DNA of 43,558 nt from a bacterium (GTDB lineage: Bacteria > Margulisbacteria > Marinamargulisbacteria > JABGVJ01). The translations under genes and the position numbers were made by a program. This document shows positions 25,905 to 35,671 of this stretch, one piece after another. How positions within the stretch are numbered: the stretch's first letter is position 1; each line of letters begins with the position of its first letter. A model generated the notes under the pieces. That model was not told the DNA's origin and did not search any database. It saw only the letters and a program-made list of their open reading frames with translations. The DNA lies in NCBI GenBank assembly GCA_018646105.1, contig JABGVJ010000020.1:1-43558 (forward strand). The letters run 5' to 3'.

Positions 25905-26633
25905 TTGAGAAAGAAAATTCTTAGTTTGAAGTTATCAGGGAGGCCAAGGGCGGCAATCATTGAAGGACCTGCATCAAAAAAACCTCGAAATAAAAAAAAA
26001 CCTGGAATTTGTTTTGGAGATAGTTATATATTCATAACAGGTGCTGAACCGACGGATGCTCTGTCTATTCAAAAAAAATATAGTCGGATGTTAAAAGACA
26101 CAGGGAGTAATATTGTTGTTTTTGGGGAATTTGGATTGCAAGTTAATACAAACCAAGAAGGTAACCCTGAATATGTTAGAATTGGGACTATGTATCCAAA
26201 CGCTATTAGTATACAAATGCAGACTGCTCAAGAAAAAGAAAAAGAGCATGGCGTGCTTTACTACTTAGCTTTTGATGATGAGTCAGCACATTTTATCGCA
26301 ATAAAGACCAAGGGTTTAATAAAAGGAACTCCTTGTTATGTATACAGAAATACTCATCTTGAACCTGAGTATGGAGTAAGAGAAATATATATCCCAATTA
26401 AAGCTTCAACTTATTTTTATGTACCGGAAGGGAATGGTTATAGACGTGAAACGATGCTTGATTCAAAAAACATGGAAGAAAGAACAGCTTTGGAAAGAAT
26501 ATCTGATTTTATTTGTGATTATGTACAAAACGAACGTAAGGGTGCATTTGTTTGTCTACAGCCTTATTTTTACGACCCCGCAAACGACAGTATGGCGAAA
26601 GAACTGGCAACTTGCTTTAGTGTAAATCTTTAG
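25905..26633 (+). CDS. Orphan protein, putative YopT/C58-like cysteine protease (paralog 3) with NLS-like patch
   Basis: GIC36FGDS ... SIQK ... AH129FIAI ... YVYRN149T, plus PASKKPRNKKKP. TTG start with GGGAGG RBS. Confidence 0.55.
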   Translation: MRKKILSLKLSGRPRAAIIEGPASKKPRNKKKPGICFGDSYIFITGAEPTDALSIQKKYSRMLKDTGSNIVVFGEFGLQVNTNQEGNPEYVRIGTMYPNAISIQMQTAQEKEKEHGVLYYLAFDDESAHFIAIKTKGLIKGTPCYVYRNTHLEPEYGVREIYIPIKASTYFYVPEGNGYRRETMLDSKNMEERTALERISDFICDYVQNERKGAFVCLQPYFYDPANDSMAKELATCFSVNL

Positions 26634-27724
26634 GTAGTGCCTGTAAAATCCAGACTTAATTTGGTTTGAAGGTTGGTAATGGCCGTAAAAATATCTTTGA
26701 GGATTTGTTGTTCTAAGACAGTGAGTTCTTTGGGGTTAAGATAGTTGTCTGGTTTATGTTGCTGGGTTAAAAGCTCTATTTGATGAGCTAATCTTATTTT
26801 CATTAAATAATCATAGGCTTGGAGCAGTTCCTGTTCATCAGATTTTGGAAGTAGTTTTTGTGTAAAAAGGATTTCTAATCTTTCCTGCGTATTGGTTTTT
26901 TGGATATGATGTTTGAGCGCATAAATACGGGCAAAGGCTACAATACCCATAAGTGCTTTTTTGAGACTAAATTCTTTTTTGTGTTTCCCCTGATGCTCAA
27001 CCAAAATATTTTTGAATAAACCTATAGGTGGTTTTAAATTCAAACAATTTTTAGCTAAATGCAAGAAAAAAGGTGCTTGATTTTGAGTAAGTTGCGCGAC
27101 ATATTGCTGTAATTGTGTTGCTAACTTTTGATCCCCTGCTATGGCTCTAAAATCAAAAAAAATAGTGATATCCAAAAGACTTTTGGCATCTGCTTCTTTG
27201 ATCCAGGTTTGGAAATAGTTTTTCCATACGGACATGGGTTGGCACCATTTGGGGTTTTTAGCCATAATCCGACCTTTGCAATACGTATATCCTACTTCAT
27301 GTAGCCAAGCACAGACTTGTTTGCTGAGCGCTAAAAAATATTTTTTGGTTTGGGCTAAGGATTCTTTGTGTACATCGCTAAAGATAAGCGCGTTATCCTG
27401 GTCAGCTTTAAAGGTTTGTTCTTGCCTGCCTTCACTACCCAAAGCTAAAAAAACAAATTTGGTTGGTGCCGGGCCTAGCTTTTTTTGCGCTAGGTCTAAA
27501 AATCGTTTGGTAATGTTGTCAGTGATGATAGTGAGGATATGCGTAATATGATAAGTGTTAATACCATAGGCGAGTAAATTGTTAATTAAGGGTGGCAGCT
27601 GTTTTTTTAGCTCAAAAATTTCTGTTGCGTGCGTTGCGTTTTGAATTTGTTTGATTATAGACACCAATGGTTTGAATTGTTGGCTATGATTTTGAAAAAA
27701 CGTTATATCTGAACTATTTTTCAT
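26630..27724 (-). CDS. DUF294 putative nucleotidyltransferase with substrate-binding domain
   Basis: LGSEGRQEQT-x-x-x-DQDNAL, C-x-G-x-IMA-x-NPKW, IFFDFR, PPIGLF and ARIYAL. Confidence 0.9.
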   Translation of the reverse strand: MKNSSDITFFQNHSQQFKPLVSIIKQIQNATHATEIFELKKQLPPLINNLLAYGINTYHITHILTIITDNITKRFLDLAQKKLGPAPTKFVFLALGSEGRQEQTFKADQDNALIFSDVHKESLAQTKKYFLALSKQVCAWLHEVGYTYCKGRIMAKNPKWCQPMSVWKNYFQTWIKEADAKSLLDITIFFDFRAIAGDQKLATQLQQYVAQLTQNQAPFFLHLAKNCLNLKPPIGLFKNILVEHQGKHKKEFSLKKALMGIVAFARIYALKHHIQKTNTQERLEILFTQKLLPKSDEQELLQAYDYLMKIRLAHQIELLTQQHKPDNYLNPKELTVLEQQILKDIFTAITNLQTKLSLDFTGTT

Positions 27725-28347
27725 TTTTTATCTTTTGGAAATAATTTTTTTAATACAGACCTTTTTTGAATTGGTTTACCTAAGAGTACATTAAGATTGT
27801 TTACTGCCGTGTCATTATCTGCCCATAAGCGTACGGCCTTTTCATAATATAGTTTAGCATTTTGACGATTATTTTCATATCTGCTTATTACCCCTAAATT
27901 AGTATAGCTGACGGATAATCTGCGTAGAGTTTCGGTTTTTTGAGGGGTAATTTTTTGATATTGCTCAATACTTTTTTCAGTGTAATAGCGAGCTTGTTTT
28001 AGGAAGTTTTTTCGATGTTCTAAAATATTAGGACTGAAATTTTGAGGTTCTAAAAACGTTTTTTCCGCTTGTACTAGATAGACAACGGCTTGATCATTTA
28101 AAATCACGCCTATTTCATAGGAGTTTTTATAATCTGGTATTTTTTGATAACTAAGTTTTATTTTTTCTAAAAGTTGTAGAGCCTCGTCATATTTTTTTTC
28201 TTTAAGCAAATTTGGATATTTTTGATACTCTGTTTCAAGAGCTCTGGTTCTGGGGGCAGTGGCATCATTGAGATTTTGGTAATAGAAATAAGTACCGATG
28301 AGGGCGGCAATGGTAAAAACGGTTAAGGCTAGGATTAATTTTTTCAT
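27721..28347 (-). CDS. Tetratricopeptide-repeat protein with N-terminal membrane anchor
   Basis: Hydrophobic N-terminus and the TPR-like repeat SVSYTNLGVI...AKLYYEKAVRL...AVNNL. Confidence 0.75.
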   Translation of the reverse strand: MKKLILALTVFTIAALIGTYFYYQNLNDATAPRTRALETEYQKYPNLLKEKKYDEALQLLEKIKLSYQKIPDYKNSYEIGVILNDQAVVYLVQAEKTFLEPQNFSPNILEHRKNFLKQARYYTEKSIEQYQKITPQKTETLRRLSVSYTNLGVISRYENNRQNAKLYYEKAVRLWADNDTAVNNLNVLLGKPIQKRSVLKKLFPKDKK

Positions 28348-28371
28348 GATGCCCTCACCACGGCCGCTAAA

Positions 28372-30051
28372 TTATGCACCATGGACATTAACAGCGAGAA
28401 ATTTTTTGATCTCTTCTGGAGTGTCTTTGGTAAATAGGGAAACAACAATATTGACCAGGATGGCTAAAGGAGCACCAAGCCAGGCAAAGTACCAGGGATT
28501 GAGCCAATAATTGATGAATTCGTATTGGGGTAGAAAAATACTAAATTTACTGGCTACAAAGTAGGTAATAGAAACCATGGCGATAGCTAGTCCTGTACTT
28601 AAGCCAGCTATGGCGCCAGCTTTATTGGATCTGCTCCACCAGATACCTAAAAGAAATAAAGGAAAAATGGTGCTGCCGGCAAGTGAAAAGGCTACCGCTA
28701 CTAATTGGGCAATTAAAGCTAACTTTAAAAGTGCTACAGCTGCAACTGAGACAGCCATAAGAATGGTGCCCACTCTGGCCATAGTCATTTGGGTTTCAGA
28801 AGAAGCGTTTGGGTTGATGACTTTATAATAAAGGTCATGTGAAAAAGCAGATGCTCCGGCAACCAATAAGCCCGACACAGTAGAAAATGCCGCGGAAATA
28901 GCGCCGGCTGCTAGTAATCCTACTATTAACGGATTGATATTACCTAGCTGTGCGGTATACACCACAATAGCGTCTTTGGCTAAATTGCCTATTTCTGGCG
29001 AAGAAGACAATATTTTGCCAAAAGCGGAATAGACTGGCGCGCTCCAATATAAAATAGAAATAAAAAATAAGCCCCAGACTACGGACCATCGGGCATCATT
29101 GGTTTTGGGTACAACATAGAATCTTTGGATAACATGCGGTAAGCCTGCGGTACCTACCATTAAAGCAAAACAAGTAGCTATCCACTGAAAAAAGGTTTTG
29201 CCCGTAGCGGTGTCCCAAGGCATAGCGTATTCCGGGCTGGCTACGATGGCCACGCTTTGGCCAAAAGAATTAGTTAGTTGTCCACCAGGAATGCCAGCGA
29301 CAATATCGGATACGACCTGACCATACCCGATTTGTGGCAATAACCAAAAGTAATCAAATTTGAAAGTTAAAATAAAAAGAGGGATTAAAAAAGAAGCAAT
29401 GATGATCACATATTGGATCTGCATATTTTTGGTTACGCCCAGCATACCAGAGATAAGGGTATAAGCTAAAACTACGGAAGCGCCAATGATTACGGCCCAA
29501 AAATAATTAATACCTAAAATCCATTTGAACATTAAGCCAATACCACCAAATTGACCAACGCAATAAGAAAAAGAAATGAAAATGGCCACTACAGCAGCGG
29601 CTGCTCTTAATCCTTGAGAATAATAACGGTCTCCAATAAAATCAGAAGCGGTATATTTACCAAATTTTCTGATTTGGGCGGCCATTAATACTAATAACAA
29701 AACATAGCCTCCGGTCCAGCCTACGACATAAGCTAGGCCATGATATCCTGACCCATACATAATTGCGGCCATACCTAAAAAAGAGGCGGCACTCATCCAG
29801 TTGGAGGCAATGGCCATACCGGAACCAACACGGGAAATTTTGCGGCCGGCAGCCCAATAATCCTGGGTGTTTTTGGCTTTATTCATTAAGCCTACGATAA
29901 TAAATAAACAAAGGATGGCGATTAAAATAATGGCAGGACCTAGCTTGAAACTGCCGTCTAGCTGCACGTTGATATCCGCCGCATAACTGATAGTAGTTAA
30001 AGCTAGAAAATTTAGAACACTAAAAAATAAGACATTAATTTTTTTAAGCAT
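28372..30051 (-). CDS. Sodium:solute symporter, cation/acetate symporter ActP-like
   Basis: GMAIASNWMSAASFLG, GWTGGY, LMVGTAGLPHVIQRFY, AAFSTVSGLL and SHDLYY, with many transmembrane segments. Confidence 0.92.
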   Translation of the reverse strand: MLKKINVLFFSVLNFLALTTISYAADINVQLDGSFKLGPAIILIAILCLFIIVGLMNKAKNTQDYWAAGRKISRVGSGMAIASNWMSAASFLGMAAIMYGSGYHGLAYVVGWTGGYVLLLVLMAAQIRKFGKYTASDFIGDRYYSQGLRAAAAVVAIFISFSYCVGQFGGIGLMFKWILGINYFWAVIIGASVVLAYTLISGMLGVTKNMQIQYVIIIASFLIPLFILTFKFDYFWLLPQIGYGQVVSDIVAGIPGGQLTNSFGQSVAIVASPEYAMPWDTATGKTFFQWIATCFALMVGTAGLPHVIQRFYVVPKTNDARWSVVWGLFFISILYWSAPVYSAFGKILSSSPEIGNLAKDAIVVYTAQLGNINPLIVGLLAAGAISAAFSTVSGLLVAGASAFSHDLYYKVINPNASSETQMTMARVGTILMAVSVAAVALLKLALIAQLVAVAFSLAGSTIFPLFLLGIWWSRSNKAGAIAGLSTGLAIAMVSITYFVASKFSIFLPQYEFINYWLNPWYFAWLGAPLAILVNIVVSLFTKDTPEEIKKFLAVNVHGA

Positions 30052-30067
30052 AGAATTTCTCCTTTTT

Positions 30068-30601
30068 TTAATCTATTTCTACTTGATATTTTTTGTTTAT
30101 TTTTTCTAGCATTAGACAATAAGTAAAACAAATTAAAACAAACAAAATTAGGAGAAAGACGGCAGTGTAAAAATAATGAAAAGGAAACCCTAAAAATTTA
30201 GTATCTGTAAGAAAAGATTGGTTATGCACCAAATATTTTTTCATTAGAACCGGGATTTGAGCTAATTCTTTTTGAGAAAATGAAGTTTGAGGATTGGCAA
30301 TGAATTTTTGCAGGATCGGATTTTGACGCGCTTTGCTGGATTTGGCCATAACACCGCTGATAGTTTTGGTCATGATTTGTAAATCAACGTTCGTATGAGT
30401 GTCTTGTTGCAGCTTTTCCCAAGCATAACTAAACTCGATATAAGATTTTTCGGGCACAGGTTTTTCGGTAACTTTGAGTAAAATTTGAAAGCCGAAGACC
30501 GCAAAAGCCCAAATCAGGATTGCTGTGAAAATAAGAATAGCATTGCTTTTGGCATAGGGGGTTTTGGGCCTAAAAATATTGATGTGATAATTTTTGTCCA
30601 T
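30068..30601 (-). CDS. DUF4212 family membrane protein (symporter small subunit) with an inserted soluble loop
   Basis: INIFRP, IWAFAVFGFQ and FLGFPFHY, directly upstream of the symporter. AGGAGG RBS. Confidence 0.78.
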   Translation of the reverse strand: MDKNYHINIFRPKTPYAKSNAILIFTAILIWAFAVFGFQILLKVTEKPVPEKSYIEFSYAWEKLQQDTHTNVDLQIMTKTISGVMAKSSKARQNPILQKFIANPQTSFSQKELAQIPVLMKKYLVHNQSFLTDTKFLGFPFHYFYTAVFLLILFVLICFTYCLMLEKINKKYQVEID

Positions 30602-30677
30602 GTGTTCCTCCTTTTATTTTTTGATATTATTCATTTATAGTACCTTAAAAAAATCAAGAAACAAAATTGAAAAAGAA

Positions 30678-30763
30678 GTGCCCTCACCCCGGCGCTTCGC
30701 GCCACCCCTCTCCCGTGGAAATAGAATTAATTACTCAGTTAGTTCATATTCGGGAGAAGGGAA
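30678..30763 (+). repeat. REP-like element, long-loop type B
   Basis: GTGCCCTCACCCCGGCGCTTCGCGCCACCCCTCTCCCG-TGGAAATAGAATTAATTACTCAGTTAGTTCATATT-CGGGAGAAGGG. The loop is nearly identical to the reverse copy at 37691. Confidence 0.9.
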
Positions 30764-30836
30764 TTGCTATAAAATTTTAGGTGACGTATAATATTCTTGC
30801 TAGAAAAAAAAGTTTATCCTAAAAAAGTTAAATATT

Positions 30837-32186
30837 ATGCAAAAAAAGTTTAAAATTATAAATAGTTTGTTACTCTTTTTTATATTTTGTCTGGTTAGTA
30901 ACCTTGTTTTAGGGGCTAACGACAAACTGGTTAACTTGCAATTTACGAGAGTGGTTGAGCAAGCTTTGCAAAATGATTATGATTTAAAAATCGCGGAACA
31001 AGATATTAAAATCAGTAAAGCTCAACACAATGAAATAAGAGCTGAACTTTGGCCTAAACTGTATTTACGAGCTTATAGTGACTACACTTCTGATTTAACC
31101 ACTGATCAAGCTGAAGTTGTGGTTATAGGTGATCAGGTTTTTGGGGATGAATCAAAGTTTCAGACCGCGACCACATTGAAATTGAATTATTTGATTTTTG
31201 ATTCTGGGTTATGGAATGATAAACAAAATTTTTATGAAAAAGAAATTTTAAAACAAAAACTTAATAAACAGATTATTGCTCAGCAACTCAAGATACAAAT
31301 ATTGGAATTATATAAAAATATCTGGCTTAATTTCGAAGCATTGAGTACACAAAAAAAATTATTAGTTTATAAACAGGAATCAGCTGATTTTTATCAAAGA
31401 TTGTATAAAGCAGGTAAAATTTCCAAACTAAAAGTAGCAGATGCTAAAATTGATTTAAAGAATAGTACGCTAGAAACGATGTATCTAAAAGAAAAATTAA
31501 AAGATCAATTACAAGAATTAGCTATATATACAGGCGAAAATTACCATACTTCTCAAATACTTGTACAAGGTTTTACAGATATTTCTGCGGATAGTACCAA
31601 ATTGTTAAACAGGCCGGACATTCCTTTAGAGATTACCCAAAGAGTGGATTACAAAAAAATGGAAACAGAAATCGCAAAAAAAAGGTTGGAATTGGAGATG
31701 TTGCAAAAAGGGAATAAATTAAAGATAAACCTGGAAGGTGAATATTTGTATTATGCTGCGGATTATACTAGTTTGCGTAGAGCTTGGGCTAATTTTTTAC
31801 CTAAAACCTGGGTAATAAGAATGACGGCCACCTACCCTCTTTTTCAAGGATTTGCGGAAAGCGCGCAAGCGGAAAAGATCAAAATGGAAACTAAAAAATG
31901 GCAATTGAAAAAGGAGAAATTGTTTTGGGAAACAAAATTATTTTACCAAACTTTAGTAAATAAAATAGCTCAAAATAAAAAGACTTTACAGCATAATCAA
32001 AAAAAATATTTAGAGCTTAGTAAAAAGGCGTATATGCTCGCTAGATTAAAAAAATATAAATTAATAGAAAAAGTAAATTTATGGGAACAAAAAATGGGGA
32101 TTGAACAAATGCTTTTAGAACAGAAGAAATTGATCATTAAAACACAGGCTGATTTACTAAAATATTTTTTGTTTTTGGAAGGATAA
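30837..32186 (+). CDS. TolC family outer membrane protein
   Basis: Signal peptide, ALQND-x-DL, WPKL, Y-x-IFDSG and YPLFQGF; directly upstream of the ABC and HlyD genes. Confidence 0.85.
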   Translation: MQKKFKIINSLLLFFIFCLVSNLVLGANDKLVNLQFTRVVEQALQNDYDLKIAEQDIKISKAQHNEIRAELWPKLYLRAYSDYTSDLTTDQAEVVVIGDQVFGDESKFQTATTLKLNYLIFDSGLWNDKQNFYEKEILKQKLNKQIIAQQLKIQILELYKNIWLNFEALSTQKKLLVYKQESADFYQRLYKAGKISKLKVADAKIDLKNSTLETMYLKEKLKDQLQELAIYTGENYHTSQILVQGFTDISADSTKLLNRPDIPLEITQRVDYKKMETEIAKKRLELEMLQKGNKLKINLEGEYLYYAADYTSLRRAWANFLPKTWVIRMTATYPLFQGFAESAQAEKIKMETKKWQLKKEKLFWETKLFYQTLVNKIAQNKKTLQHNQKKYLELSKKAYMLARLKKYKLIEKVNLWEQKMGIEQMLLEQKKLIIKTQADLLKYFLFLEG

Positions 32187-32191
32187 GATAA

Positions 32192-34300
32192 ATGACAGGT
32201 TTAATTGTTTTGGAAATTATTATGAGAATGAATCAAATTGAGGCGGATATGCGTACTATAAGCCGTGAGTATGCGATTGGTAATAGAGAGGTTACGCCAG
32301 AAGAATTGTTACGGATTTTAAAGCATTTTGAATTTAGGGCGAAGCGAAAAAAGCTTAAAATTCAAGAGTTGCATAAATATAATATTCCGGCGATTGTTAT
32401 TCTGAAAGATCATACTTATGCCTTGATTTTGAAAACGGATTTGGAAAAGAAAAATTGTTTATTATTTAACCCTTTAAAAAAACAAACCGAAGAAATTAGT
32501 TTTAAGGATTTTGAAAAGTTAAACAGTGATACTTTTTTGGTATTAAGTCATAAAAAAATAACCAAGCAAATTAAATTTAGTTTAAAATGGTTTTTTGAGG
32601 AAATATTAAATTATAAACCGATACTAGCTGAAATATTGTTGGGTTCTTTTTTTATTCAGTCTTTAGGATTGGTGACGCCATTATTTACCCAAGTGATTTT
32701 GGATAAAGTGATTGTGCATCGTAGTTTGACTACGTTACATGTATTAGCGGTTGCTTTTATTGTAATGGCTATTTTTGAATTTTTATTAAATATCACTAAA
32801 AACTATATTTTTATTCATACGGCAAATAAAATTGATGCAAAACTAGGAGCAAAACTAGTTAAAAAATTGTATACCCTACCCTATACTTTTTTTGAAAACC
32901 GTAAAGTGGGTAATATTATTGCGCGGGTACGGGAGCTTGATTCTATTAGGGAATTTATAACTAATAAATCTGTGACGATTTTGATTGATCTGTTATTTTC
33001 TATAGTTTTTATAGGCGTAATGCTTTTATATAGTGTGTCTTTGACGCTAGTGGTTTTGGCTTTTATGACTATTTTGGCATTGATTTATTTTTTTATGACG
33101 CCGCCGATTAGAGCTAGGTTGGAAGAGAAGTTTCAGATGGGAGCGCAATCCAATGCTTATTTGGTAGAATCCGTAACGGGCATGCAAACCGTAAAATCTC
33201 TGGCTATTGAAGGTGCGATGCAAAAGAAATGGGAGAATTTTTTAGGACAGTATATTTTAGCTAATTTTAATCTGACAAATATTTTAAATAATGCGCGAGC
33301 GGTAGCTGGGATTGTTCAAAAATTGATGACGATTTCGATTTTGTTTTTAGGGGTTAATGCCGTACTTTTAAATAAACTGACTATTGGACAGTTGATTGCT
33401 TTTAATATGTTGTCCGGGCAATTGGCACAACCGCTTTTGAGGTTGATTAATATCTGGCATGAATTACAACAAGCGCTATTGAGTGTGGATAGAATAGGAG
33501 ATATTCTGAATCATCCTATAGAAATTCAGGCTACTAAGGCTATTACTTTACCAAATTTAAAAGGTAATATACGTTTGGAAAAAGTTGCGTTTAAATATCG
33601 TTCGGACGCACCGTACGTGGTTCGGAATTTTGGTTTAGATATTAAAAAAGGGATGAGTATTGGTTTGGTGGGTCGAAGCGGTAGTGGTAAAAGTACGATA
33701 GCTAAACTATTGCAACGTTTATATATAGCTAATGACGGGCTGATTTCGGTAGATGATATAGATATTAGGCAATTAAACCCTTTTTGGCTGAGAACGCAAA
33801 TAGGGGTTGTTTTGCAGGATAATTATTTGTTTAGCGGGACTATTAAAGAAAATATTTCTTTACCTTGGCCTGAAGCTTCTATGGAAGCGATAGTGTCGGC
33901 AGCACAGATTGCCGGGGCGCATACTTTTGTTTCGGAATTACCTATGGGATATGATACCTTGGTGGGGGAACGCGGATCAGCTTTATCAGGCGGACAAAAA
34001 CAACGTGTGGCTATTGCCAGAGCACTTTTGACTAATCCTCCGATTTTGATTTTTGATGAAGCGACCAGTTCTTTGGATTTGGAATCGGAAAGAATTATTA
34101 AAGATAATTTGGCCAAAATTAAGCATAATAGAACTATGGTGATTATTGCGCATCGTTTATCTACGGTAGTGGATTGTGATTTGATCGTGGTTTTGGATAA
34201 AGGAGAAATAGTGGAGCAAGGCAGTTATAAGGAACTTTTGAAACAAAAAGGAATTTTTTATAATTTAGCTCAACAGCAGGAGATATTGGATGCTACCTAA
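32192..34300 (+). CDS. Type I secretion system ABC transporter (HlyB-like, with N-terminal C39-like domain)
   Basis: LVTPLFTQVILDKVIVHRSLTTL, RVRELDSIREF, GRSGSGKST, LSGGQKQR, IFDEATS and IIAHRLST. Confidence 0.94.
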   Translation: MTGLIVLEIIMRMNQIEADMRTISREYAIGNREVTPEELLRILKHFEFRAKRKKLKIQELHKYNIPAIVILKDHTYALILKTDLEKKNCLLFNPLKKQTEEISFKDFEKLNSDTFLVLSHKKITKQIKFSLKWFFEEILNYKPILAEILLGSFFIQSLGLVTPLFTQVILDKVIVHRSLTTLHVLAVAFIVMAIFEFLLNITKNYIFIHTANKIDAKLGAKLVKKLYTLPYTFFENRKVGNIIARVRELDSIREFITNKSVTILIDLLFSIVFIGVMLLYSVSLTLVVLAFMTILALIYFFMTPPIRARLEEKFQMGAQSNAYLVESVTGMQTVKSLAIEGAMQKKWENFLGQYILANFNLTNILNNARAVAGIVQKLMTISILFLGVNAVLLNKLTIGQLIAFNMLSGQLAQPLLRLINIWHELQQALLSVDRIGDILNHPIEIQATKAITLPNLKGNIRLEKVAFKYRSDAPYVVRNFGLDIKKGMSIGLVGRSGSGKSTIAKLLQRLYIANDGLISVDDIDIRQLNPFWLRTQIGVVLQDNYLFSGTIKENISLPWPEASMEAIVSAAQIAGAHTFVSELPMGYDTLVGERGSALSGGQKQRVAIARALLTNPPILIFDEATSSLDLESERIIKDNLAKIKHNRTMVIIAHRLSTVVDCDLIVVLDKGEIVEQGSYKELLKQKGIFYNLAQQQEILDAT

Positions 34301-35606
34301 AATTTTCAAAAAAATAGATGATGCACATGAGTTTAAGCCGCTTTTGGTAGAGATTGAGCAAAAACCAGCTGCTCCTTTAGGTAGAATGATTTTTTGGTTA
34401 ATTGTGTTTTTATTGGCTTTTTTTATTTTATGGTTATGGTTTGGCAAAGTAGATATTGTGGTAACTGGTCGCGGTAAATTGGTGCCTGCTGGTAATATTA
34501 AAATGATCCAACCTATTTCCAATGGAGTGGTGAGTAAAATTTTGATTAAAGAAGGAGATTTTGTCAAAAAAGGACAAGTATTAATTGAAATTGATCCTTC
34601 GACTACTTTGCCGGAACTAAAATTTTTGGAAGAAAAATTGGTTAAATTGGAAGTGGAAAGTTCTAGATTGGAAGCTATTATTACGCATAAAAAGTTTCGG
34701 CCTAATAAAACTAAAAAAGATTTAATCCAAACGCAAACTCAGCTGTATACAGCTACTCTGCAAGCGTTTAAGAAACAATTGGAAATTAAAAAACTGGAAC
34801 TGGGAAAAACAAAAGCAAAAAGTCAGACGGTGGAGGCTAAAATAAAGAATGTTACGGAATTATTGAAAATAGCTCAAAATAAAGAAGCACGTTTGGTATA
34901 TGTGAGTGATATTATTGCGATGGAAGAAATGGAAAAAGCGTATTTGGAAAGAATTGCTTATACCTATAATTTAGAAGAACTAGCACATGATAAGCAGGGA
35001 CTTTGGTTAGCGCAAAAGCAAGTTTTAGCGGAAATGCTTTATTTGAAAGCCGCGTTTAATAAAGAAATCTTAAAAGAATATAGTGATACTCTAAATGAAG
35101 ATTTACAATTAAAATCGAAAATTGAAGAATCCACTTTTATTAATGCTAAACAAAGAATTGTGGCGCCGGAAGCTGGATATATTAATGAGATTTTTATTTA
35201 TACCGAAGGTGGTGTGGTGAGTGGTGGGCAAAAATTGATGACTTTGGTACCTAAAGAAGCCCCATTAATTGTAAAGGTAGATATATTAAACAAAGATATT
35301 GGTTTTATCAAAATTGGAATGCCGGTTTCTGTTAAAATTGATACTTTTAATTTCCAGAAATACGGGTTAATTGAAGGTAAAGTAATTTATATTTCTAAAG
35401 ATAGTATTGAAAAGGAAAAAATAGGGATTGTTTATAATGTGGATATTGAACCAGGAAAATTGGGGTTGAAGGTAGATGGTAAAAAAACAGTTTTACAACC
35501 GGGAATGACTTTGTCAGCGGAAGTTAATATTGGGGAACGGAGAATTATTGAGTTTTTTATCTATCCTTTGGTGAAGTATTTGGATGAAGGCATGAGTGTT
35601 AGGTAG
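34290..35606 (+). CDS. HlyD family type I secretion periplasmic adaptor
   Basis: HEFKP-x-LVEIE, one transmembrane segment, NKDIGFI, DTFNFQKYG and PGMTLSAEVNIGERRIIEFF. Confidence 0.93.
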   Translation: MLPKIFKKIDDAHEFKPLLVEIEQKPAAPLGRMIFWLIVFLLAFFILWLWFGKVDIVVTGRGKLVPAGNIKMIQPISNGVVSKILIKEGDFVKKGQVLIEIDPSTTLPELKFLEEKLVKLEVESSRLEAIITHKKFRPNKTKKDLIQTQTQLYTATLQAFKKQLEIKKLELGKTKAKSQTVEAKIKNVTELLKIAQNKEARLVYVSDIIAMEEMEKAYLERIAYTYNLEELAHDKQGLWLAQKQVLAEMLYLKAAFNKEILKEYSDTLNEDLQLKSKIEESTFINAKQRIVAPEAGYINEIFIYTEGGVVSGGQKLMTLVPKEAPLIVKVDILNKDIGFIKIGMPVSVKIDTFNFQKYGLIEGKVIYISKDSIEKEKIGIVYNVDIEPGKLGLKVDGKKTVLQPGMTLSAEVNIGERRIIEFFIYPLVKYLDEGMSVR

Positions 35607-35611
35607 CATAA

Positions 35612-35660
35612 CACTCACCTATTCTCTATTCTATAGAGAATAAGGTTAAGGATTGGTGAG
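35612..35660. repeat. Hairpin downstream of hlyD (possible terminator or decayed REP-like element)
   Basis: CTCACC-TATTCTCTAT-TCT-ATAGAGAATA...GGTGAG nested inverted repeats. Confidence 0.5.
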
Positions 35661-35671
35661 AGGGAGAAATT

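Noticed and set aside
30594-30791. 65-aa ORF containing PSPRRFAPPLSRG
   Set aside because: It is a translation through a REP-like repeat. The same applies to the N-terminal extension of ORF 14413-15900.
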